Source of the DNA: Candidatus Micrarchaeota archaeon
Lineage (GTDB): Archaea; Micrarchaeota; Micrarchaeia; Anstonellales; Anstonellaceae
Length of the DNA stretch: 11,427 nucleotides
Assembly (NCBI GenBank): GCA_013331805.1
Contig: DUFS01000078.1
Coordinates: forward strand, 1-11,427
Direction: 5' to 3'
Shown here piece after piece: positions 1 through 5,955 of this stretch. Below the pieces are notes generated by a model. The model was not told where the DNA came from. It saw only the letters and a program-made list of their open reading frames with translations, and did not search any database. How positions within the stretch are numbered: position 1 is the first letter of the stretch; each line of letters starts with the position of its first letter. The translations under genes were made by a program, and so were the position numbers.

Positions 1-90
1 TATTTCTTGATGTACCGCGGCTACCGCACCAAGAAGGATGCTGCAGAATTGGGGCAGGAGAATAAAAACGCAGCTGGCAGGGGAGGCTAA
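1..90 (+). CDS. 3' end of a gene entering from the left, probably the tail of a membrane protein (partial)
   Basis: Frame 1 is open from base 1 to TAA at 88-90 and reads YFLMYRGYRTKKDAAELGQENKNAAGRGG*. Hydrophobic/aromatic residues followed by a basic cluster resemble the end of a TM helix. It converges on the next gene with a 9-bp gap. Confidence 0.55.
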   Translation, partial: YFLMYRGYRTKKDAAELGQENKNAAGRGG

Positions 91-99
91 GCTTACCGC

Positions 100-2814
100 T
101 CATTTGACAAGCAGCATCTTTATTGTCTCAGACTTCCCACCCGCGTCAATTTTGCATATATAAGTTCCGCTGGCAAGCCCTGAAGCGTCAAATGCGATCT
201 TGTTCTCCCCAACTGGCATTTCCTGGTTTTGGACAAGCGTGGCGACTTCCTGCCCCAAAATATCGTAGATTTTGACAGTGGCGCGCTCAGTCACAGGCAG
301 CATGAAACTTATGGTGGTGGACTGGTTGAAGGGGTTTGGGAAATTGCTCAGGTTCATCGACTGAAATGCTGCCAAGCCCTTCTGCTCCAGTGCAACTTCA
401 TCAGAGTAGGCAAAGCTGAACATTGCGACAGGAAGGCCATAATCGTTGATAAAATCATCTTTCTTCACTTCCCTTATCCGGTAGTAAAACGTGCCGCTGC
501 CCAAATCCCTGTATGTGAAAGAATTCGTCGATGGATCCACTTCGCCTAGCTTCTGGACGAACTCTCCCCCCATTCCACCGCGTTCAATCCGCTCAATATC
601 ATATTTCAGGACATTTGGTTCAGGCGAAACATTCCACCTCAGCTCGACCGTCCCATCCCTGAGTTCCTGAGCAGTGAGCCCTGCTGAGCCAATGGAACCA
701 ATATTGCGATAGTCATAGGAATTCAGTGACATGTTTGGATAGCCACCAGCTTTCAATTTTTCCAGATCCGGCTCATACAGACCGCCAGCCCCTATCTTGA
801 GAGGAAGCGATTCAATGCTAGTGGATGGTTCAGTAAAGCCAAGCGAGAGTGAACTCGTGTTCTTGCCAATGAATTCAGCGAGATTTGAATCGAGTGGTAA
901 ACCACCTGCAGTGGAACAAGAGTTTAATACGTTGACTGTTTTGCCTGGCTCAAAATAATCCTTCAGCCTGCGAAGCAGGTCAGCATCCGACAGGTCAACA
1001 AAAAATAAGTCGGAATCATCGGTTTGCTTGAGTGCCATTGTGGTGGAGCCGCCATGCAAGTTCCAGACCACAAGCGAGATCTTCTTGCCAGTTTTTTCAT
1101 AAATTTTCCCTATGTTTTCAACAAGCTTCTGGTCATTGCCAGGCTCCACGCACATCATATCCAATCTGCCTTCGTTTTCTTGCCAAAGCTGATGGTTTAA
1201 TGATCTCCACGCAGTCACACCGCGCATTCGCTTGGTCTGGACTACCACTATGAGCTGATCCTTAGGCGTTTTTTGCCCTGTGAGAACCTGATACTGGCGG
1301 TATTGCTGCTCTATTACGGGCATTCCAGAGAAATGTGTGATATTGGATGAATTGAACAGAATCTTTGCCACGTTCTCCTGCGGATAATTCTTGGCAAGCT
1401 CATAAATGCGCTTGTAATCCTCAATTTCAACAAGGCTGTCTGGTGATTCTGGTGCAGAACCAGGGTAGTTGCTCCATTCAGGGGATTGGTCCCTCATTGC
1501 AATAGCAGTCTCACGATCCAGTTTGAAAAGCGAATAGGATGGTGAGTCAAATAACTCAGGCGAGAGGAAGCCGCACTTGAGCAGGAGAACTGCGGCTTTG
1601 TCCATGTCTATTGTGCCCTGTCCAAGAAGATTCTCCAGCTTGGGTAGAACTATCGATATAGCCCGAGTGCCATACGCTGAAATTACGGAAAAGATTGAAC
1701 CTCTGTATTGGTTGCCATCAGTTACAGACATTAAGGATGTCATGTTGCCAAGCGACCTTTCCAGTATTGGGTCTGGAAATTCGGTCATGCAGAGTATCTG
1801 GGCAAGAACCCCTGCCACATAAGGCTGTGTTATTCTCATATAGTATTCTTGAATTTCCAGCATGGAATTCAGGCCGGATGCAATCTGTTCAAAATCCGCA
1901 CTAGATAGCTTATTGCGATGCTGGTAGCATAAGTTTCCAAGCAGACTCAGCGCGCTGTGCCTATCCTCATAAAACATTGTTTGGTCACTGGCAATCTCAA
2001 AGATGATTTCAGACGCACGGATCAGGTCAGGAGTGGTCACTTTTTCACGATTTTTAGAGACGAACATGCATCCCACAATATTGAATACATCGAAATCTCC
2101 ACCATGGTGGGCAAAATAACTGAGTGACGACAGCGCTATGTTCAGAATCTGACTGTAGTCCGCCTGGCTCAGATCAACCGAATCCGTGATGGCCTGGAGA
2201 AATTTCAGCGCCGTCTCCCTTACCAGCAGAGAAGGATGCCCTTCCAGAATATCCTGGGAGGCGCTTACCAGCCCGTGCAGGTTTTCTTCAGATATGGGGT
2301 TGTTCGCAACCAACTTGGATGCAGTTTCTAGGGCATAGCTTACCGACATCCAAGCATCAGAAGAAGTGTTTTCGCTTATTGAAATGACCGAGTTTACTGT
2401 CCTGTCAATTATTTCTGGCGAATACTGCCTGTTAACGGAAAAAACCTGCCTTAAAGCTTCAAAGCCTTCGAACTTTCCAGGCACAGGTATTGAGTCGTGA
2501 TTGATGAAATAGTCCAGTATTACACTAACAGTTTCTTCCGCGTCTTCACGGGTGATTATCCTTGTGCCTGGCGGCACGGCATCTTTGAATATGCCTATCA
2601 GCTGCCTTATGGCATTAACCTTTTCCATGAGATTGTTTGAAGTTTTGAGTATTGCAAGCTGGGTGGCAATGTCCCCGTCCATCTGCAGCTTTGAAGAAGC
2701 ACCGCTCTCCCCCTTCTTAATAAGAAAACCTTCTCGGTTTTTGGATTGCTGGTCGTTGAAAACCACTGGCTGCTGCATACTTGTCTGTGGGGTTTCCTTT
2801 AGCTTTGAAGGCAC
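100..2814 (-). CDS. Multidomain protein: HEAT/ARM-like helical region, caspase-like (clan CD) cysteine peptidase domain, FN3 domain and T9SS type A (Por) C-terminal sorting domain
   Basis: 904-aa ORF with a GTG start. Residues ~50-420 are repeating amphipathic helices (e.g. LVRETALKFLQAI, DRHSALSLLGNL). ISLVVWNLHG (H587) and VNVLNSCST (C633) fit the strand-HG / strand-xxC dyad pattern. Residues ~712-809 are FN3-like (VELRWN...YDIER...FTYRD...YYRIREV). Residues ~822-904 (NFPNPFNQSTTISF...VKIYDILGQEVATLV...LASGTYICKI...KMLLVK) match the T9SS CTD consensus. Confidence 0.85.
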   Translation of the reverse strand: MPSKLKETPQTSMQQPVVFNDQQSKNREGFLIKKGESGASSKLQMDGDIATQLAILKTSNNLMEKVNAIRQLIGIFKDAVPPGTRIITREDAEETVSVILDYFINHDSIPVPGKFEGFEALRQVFSVNRQYSPEIIDRTVNSVISISENTSSDAWMSVSYALETASKLVANNPISEENLHGLVSASQDILEGHPSLLVRETALKFLQAITDSVDLSQADYSQILNIALSSLSYFAHHGGDFDVFNIVGCMFVSKNREKVTTPDLIRASEIIFEIASDQTMFYEDRHSALSLLGNLCYQHRNKLSSADFEQIASGLNSMLEIQEYYMRITQPYVAGVLAQILCMTEFPDPILERSLGNMTSLMSVTDGNQYRGSIFSVISAYGTRAISIVLPKLENLLGQGTIDMDKAAVLLLKCGFLSPELFDSPSYSLFKLDRETAIAMRDQSPEWSNYPGSAPESPDSLVEIEDYKRIYELAKNYPQENVAKILFNSSNITHFSGMPVIEQQYRQYQVLTGQKTPKDQLIVVVQTKRMRGVTAWRSLNHQLWQENEGRLDMMCVEPGNDQKLVENIGKIYEKTGKKISLVVWNLHGGSTTMALKQTDDSDLFFVDLSDADLLRRLKDYFEPGKTVNVLNSCSTAGGLPLDSNLAEFIGKNTSSLSLGFTEPSTSIESLPLKIGAGGLYEPDLEKLKAGGYPNMSLNSYDYRNIGSIGSAGLTAQELRDGTVELRWNVSPEPNVLKYDIERIERGGMGGEFVQKLGEVDPSTNSFTYRDLGSGTFYYRIREVKKDDFINDYGLPVAMFSFAYSDEVALEQKGLAAFQSMNLSNFPNPFNQSTTISFMLPVTERATVKIYDILGQEVATLVQNQEMPVGENKIAFDASGLASGTYICKIDAGGKSETIKMLLVK

Positions 2815-2830
2815 CTGAGCACCAATAGGA

Positions 2831-2854
2831 TTCAGGGTGAAAATATTATATTCA
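2831..2854. promoter_or_regulatory. AT-rich TATA-like element within overlapping inverted repeats, upstream of the 904-aa gene
   Basis: TGAAAATATTATATTCA (2838-2854) is a 17-bp palindrome with one mismatched pair. TTCAGGGTGAA (2831-2841) is a second short one. The minus strand reads ATATAATAT about 30-37 nt before the GTG. Confidence 0.35.
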
Positions 2855-3757
2855 GAGCGTTACCTTGAGGCCGAGCTCCTTCTTGAGCTCGCGGTAGCGG
2901 TTCCGAATCGTCACCTCGGTCACGCCAGCCACGTCTGCCACTTCCTTCTGCGTGCGCCTTTCGCCGTACATTGCTGATGCGATGTAGACAGCGGCTGCGG
3001 CAACGCCTGTCGGGCCCCTTCCTGAGATCAGGCCCTTGGTGATTGCCTTCTTGAGAAGGGAAATCGCCTTTTCCTGAACGTGGCCTGACAGCTTGAGAGC
3101 CGCGGTGAATTTGGGCACGTAGTGCGCAGGGTCGGTGAGCGGAACCTCTATGCCAAGCTCGCGCCTGACAAAGCGGTAGGCCCTCCCGATTTCCTTCTTT
3201 TCAATTCCAGAAACCCTGGAAATCTCGTCAAGAGTGCGCGGTATGCCCTGCATGCGGCAGGTTGCGTAGATGACAGCCGAAACAACCGATTCGATCAGCC
3301 TTCCCCTGATAAGCTCTGCCTTGATGCATTTTCTGTAAAGCAGGGCTGCGGATTCGCGGATGGAGTCCGGCAAACCGAGATAAGATGCTATCCTGTCCAG
3401 TTCGGAAAGCGCAATGGCGAGGTTCCTTTCCATTGAGGATGCTATGGAGGCCCTCTTGTGCCACTTCCTCATGCGGTAGAGCTGCGCCTGCTTCTTGGGC
3501 GAGATCTTCGCGCCGCGTATGTCGCGGTTGTACTGGTCTATTTCGGTCACAAGCCCCTTGTTGGGCCTCATGTACTTTATTGGGGCTCCGCCACGCGCCC
3601 TCTTTTCGCGCTGCTCGGCGTCAAATGCCCTCCACTCAGGCCGCGGGTCCTCGATATTCTCCGCAATGATGAGCCCGCAGTTGGAGCACACCAGCTCGCC
3701 TTTCTCGTAGTCGCGGGTAAGCCGCTTGCTCCCGCATTCTGGGCATTTGTCAGCCAT
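2852..3757 (-). CDS. tfb: Transcription initiation factor IIB (TFB)
   Basis: N-terminal Zn ribbon CPECG...CSNCG, B-reader PEWRAFD, and two cyclin repeats (LIRGR...IPRTLDEI; SGRGPTGVAAAAVYIA...RTQKEVADVAGVTEVTIRNRYREL). SD-like GAGGTG at 3763-3768. Confidence 0.98.
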   Translation of the reverse strand: MADKCPECGSKRLTRDYEKGELVCSNCGLIIAENIEDPRPEWRAFDAEQREKRARGGAPIKYMRPNKGLVTEIDQYNRDIRGAKISPKKQAQLYRMRKWHKRASIASSMERNLAIALSELDRIASYLGLPDSIRESAALLYRKCIKAELIRGRLIESVVSAVIYATCRMQGIPRTLDEISRVSGIEKKEIGRAYRFVRRELGIEVPLTDPAHYVPKFTAALKLSGHVQEKAISLLKKAITKGLISGRGPTGVAAAAVYIASAMYGERRTQKEVADVAGVTEVTIRNRYRELKKELGLKVTL

Positions 3758-3795
3758 GATTCCACCTCTATACTAGGGCTTCGTCTGATAGTTAG

Positions 3796-3811
3796 ATTTT
3801 AAAAAGTTTCC
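3796..3811 (-). promoter_or_regulatory. Proximal BRE-TATA promoter candidate for tfb
   Basis: Minus strand GGAAAC-TTTTTAAAAT about 40-50 nt upstream of the tfb ATG. The predicted short 5'UTR would include the GAGGTG SD. Confidence 0.55.
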
Positions 3812-3842
3812 AAACCGTTAACCCCGTATATGTATACAAGGA

Positions 3843-3856
3843 TTTATAAACTTTTC
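3843..3856 (-). promoter_or_regulatory. Distal BRE-TATA promoter candidate for tfb
   Basis: Minus strand GAAAAG-TTTATAAA, a near-consensus archaeal purine-rich BRE plus TATA box. The TATA itself is palindromic. Confidence 0.7.
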
Positions 3857-3875
3857 TTCAGCAGGCGTTTCAGCC

Positions 3876-3950
3876 TCAGCGCGAAAGGAAATAGACTACG
3901 GCAACAATGACCAGGATCAATAGGCCGGTGAACAGCAGCTTGTCGATCAT
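3876..3950 (-). CDS. Putative 24-aa single-pass membrane peptide (not in the ORF track)
   Basis: ATG at 3950 to TGA at 3876 translates as MIDKLLFTGLLILVIVAVVYFLSR, with an 18-residue uncharged hydrophobic core. A BRE-TATA lies 23 nt upstream, the geometry of a leaderless mRNA. Confidence 0.55.
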   Translation of the reverse strand: MIDKLLFTGLLILVIVAVVYFLSR

Positions 3951-3972
3951 GCATGCATATTGGATTTGCCTG

Positions 3973-3986
3973 TATTTAAGCTTTTC
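3973..3986 (-). promoter_or_regulatory. BRE-TATA promoter for the small peptide ORF, possibly also serving mre11 on the other strand
   Basis: Minus strand GAAAAGC-TTAAATA, with the same GAAAAG BRE as the tfb distal promoter. On the plus strand the same bases read TATTTAAG, 23-30 nt before the mre11 ATG at 4003. Confidence 0.6.
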
Positions 3987-4002
3987 AGCCCATTTTCTTG
4001 CC

Positions 4003-5139
4003 ATGAAGGCCGCATTCATAACTGACACCCATTTCGGCTACCGCAGATTCGAATCCGACGCCCTTTCGCAGGGTGGCGAGGCTATTCTGGCGGCTGCAAG
4101 GGAGTCCGACCTGCTCATTCTTGGCGGGGACAACTTCGACACCCCGCTTCCGAGAATGGAAACGCTTGCAGAGGTTACGAAAATCCTGAGGCAGGCCCTG
4201 GAAATTTTTCACACGCGGGGAATAATCGGCGTGCCGATTTTCGCAATACACGGAAACCACGACAGGCGCGCAAAGGGATATGTGCACCCCACGGAGCTAT
4301 TGGCGCAGGGGGGCTTTGTCAGGAATTTCCACAACCAGACCATTGTCTATGAGCTGAATGGTGAAAAAGTCGCGGTTTCGGGCATGGGAAGCGTGCCAGA
4401 GGACCTGGCGCGCGAGGGGCTGAAGTCGATCGCGTGCAAGCCTGTGCAGGGCGCCTTCAACATTTTCGTCCTGCACCAGTCTTTCCAGGAATTTGACGTC
4501 TCGAGAAACGAGCAGTACATATCATTCGACGACCTGCCCGAGGGGTACGACCTTTATCTTTGCGGGCACGTCCACAAGCAGAACCTGTCCGGCAAGGTGA
4601 AGAATCCGGGAAGCACGGTGGTGACCCAGCTGCGTGAGGACGAAATCGGGCAGCGGGGCTGGCTTTTAATTGACACCAAGGCAAAAATCCAGGAATTCCG
4701 TCCTATTAAATCCAGGGAGCTTTATCACAAGGTGATCGAATTTGAGGGAGCGACACCGGATGAATTCAGGCAGAGGATTATTGCAGAGGTGAATTCGGCG
4801 CGCGCATCTTCCGCTTCCTCCCTTGTGAAAATTGTCGCAAAGGGCTCGCTTGCGCCAGGATTCCATCCTTCAGACTTCCGCCTCCCTGAATTCGGGGAAA
4901 ACGTATTTCTAGACAACTCCATTGGCTCTGAAAGCCTGAGGGAGAGGATTGCCAAGATCAAGCTCACGCGGGAGCAGAAAAGGGGGACCAAGGAGCTTGC
5001 CATGCAGATTCTGCGGAAAAAGCTCGAAGGCACTGCATATTCGCTTGGCGATCCGGAAAAAGTTTTCGAAAGCCTGCTGGACGGAAGCTTCCTCAAGGGG
5101 GCAAGGGAGAGGATTGAGAAGGGCGCGCAGCAGCTTTAG
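4003..5139 (+). CDS. mre11: DNA double-strand break repair nuclease Mre11 (SbcD family metallophosphoesterase)
   Basis: All phosphoesterase motifs are present: DTHFG, GGDNFD, HGNHD, LHQ, GHVH and NPGS. A capping domain and a helical C-terminal tail follow. Start moved from 3907 to ATG 4003 (MKAAFITDTH), the usual family N-terminus; 378 aa. Confidence 0.9.
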   Translation: MKAAFITDTHFGYRRFESDALSQGGEAILAAARESDLLILGGDNFDTPLPRMETLAEVTKILRQALEIFHTRGIIGVPIFAIHGNHDRRAKGYVHPTELLAQGGFVRNFHNQTIVYELNGEKVAVSGMGSVPEDLAREGLKSIACKPVQGAFNIFVLHQSFQEFDVSRNEQYISFDDLPEGYDLYLCGHVHKQNLSGKVKNPGSTVVTQLREDEIGQRGWLLIDTKAKIQEFRPIKSRELYHKVIEFEGATPDEFRQRIIAEVNSARASSASSLVKIVAKGSLAPGFHPSDFRLPEFGENVFLDNSIGSESLRERIAKIKLTREQKRGTKELAMQILRKKLEGTAYSLGDPEKVFESLLDGSFLKGARERIEKGAQQL

Positions 5140-5942
5140 TACTTGAGTACGACTGCCATGGCCCGGAAATGCTTTTTCAGCAAGGAAAGCCCGTTTTCGT
5201 ACTTTTCCCGGCTGAAACGCGGCTCCAGAACCACCGCCACGAGTTCAGGGAAATCCTTGGCGTATGCAGGGCATTTGTCAAGGAAGGCCTTCTCAGGGCC
5301 CTTATCCCCGTGGCGCTGCAGCTCCACTGCGACCTTTTCCACTGAAACGGACGGGCGGTTCTGCGCAACGTAAAGTCCCACGCTCAGCCCTGGAAAAGCT
5401 TTCCTCAGATGGTCCGCAAGCTCAGCCCTGTATGATGGGTCATCCGAGCTTTCTGAAGGCGCCCGGAAATTGCTGACAGATTCTGCGACCGCCCCCAAGA
5501 GATTCACGCCCGTTTCTTCATTTGCAATTTTCAGGGATCCGGGCCTGGTTGGCGTTTCGGGCGCAAAATCAACAGAGGAGCGGATTATTCCAGGGTGCCA
5601 TTTTCCGAAAATGGACTGGGTCGGGCCTTTTCTTCCGGACCCTGCGGAGTAACCTGCAGTTCCTGACGAACCTGGAGCAACCTGCCCTCCCAGGATTTTT
5701 GCCGTCCCTGAACCTCCTGGCTCGCTTGATTTTGCCATCAGCAAAAGCATGGCAAGGAGAAGCACGGCTACGAATGCCAATCCGGCCATGGCTGCGAAAA
5801 GCAGCGGATTTTCATTGGCCCAGTTCAGAATGGGCTGCAGGATGAACATGTAAATGAAGATCAGTGCGCCTATGGCGAGTATTGCCGGAAGGGGAAGCCC
5901 GCCAGGATCAGAATCGTAGTCGCCCATCCCATCTTTCCCCAT
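5136..5942 (-). CDS. Hypothetical membrane protein: two N-terminal TM helices, a G/S/P-rich linker and a C-terminal alpha/beta domain resembling a degenerate PD-(D/E)xK fold
   Basis: TM segments LPAILAIGALIFIYMFILQPIL and LLFAAMAGLAFVAVLLLAMLLLMA. C-terminal YRAELADHLRKAFP...RPSVSVEKVAVELQ...DKCPAY...LVAVVL. Start most likely ATG 5942 or 5927, since the 6023 start would overlap serS by 68 bp. The stop overlaps the mre11 stop (TTAG 5136-5139). Confidence 0.7.
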   Translation of the reverse strand: MGKDGMGDYDSDPGGLPLPAILAIGALIFIYMFILQPILNWANENPLLFAAMAGLAFVAVLLLAMLLLMAKSSEPGGSGTAKILGGQVAPGSSGTAGYSAGSGRKGPTQSIFGKWHPGIIRSSVDFAPETPTRPGSLKIANEETGVNLLGAVAESVSNFRAPSESSDDPSYRAELADHLRKAFPGLSVGLYVAQNRPSVSVEKVAVELQRHGDKGPEKAFLDKCPAYAKDFPELVAVVLEPRFSREKYENGLSLLKKHFRAMAVVLKY

Positions 5943-5955
5943 CCAATATGGAATC

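Noticed and set aside
100..2814. Calling the window bacterial, or a T9SS locus, because of the CTD protein and bacterial-type serS
   Set aside because: Canonical TFB, BRE-TATA promoters and archaeal-style glycoproteins indicate an archaeon, and no T9SS machinery genes are present. Chimerism cannot be fully excluded without reads.
3844..3954. Alternative minus-strand 36-aa ORF from ATG 3954 (MHDRQAAVHRP...)
   Set aside because: It has no recognisable character and runs into the tfb TATA box. The 24-aa frame has a coherent TM composition.
3907..4002. 32-aa N-terminal extension of Mre11 in the ORF track
   Set aside because: Mre11 proteins begin a few residues before the DxH motif. The extension overlaps a TATA element and the antisense peptide ORF, so ATG 4003 is preferred.
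4003..5942. mre11 plus the nuclease-like membrane protein as a two-gene defence system
   Set aside because: The genes are convergent rather than co-transcribed, no SMC or ATPase partner is present, and Mre11 looks like the housekeeping enzyme.
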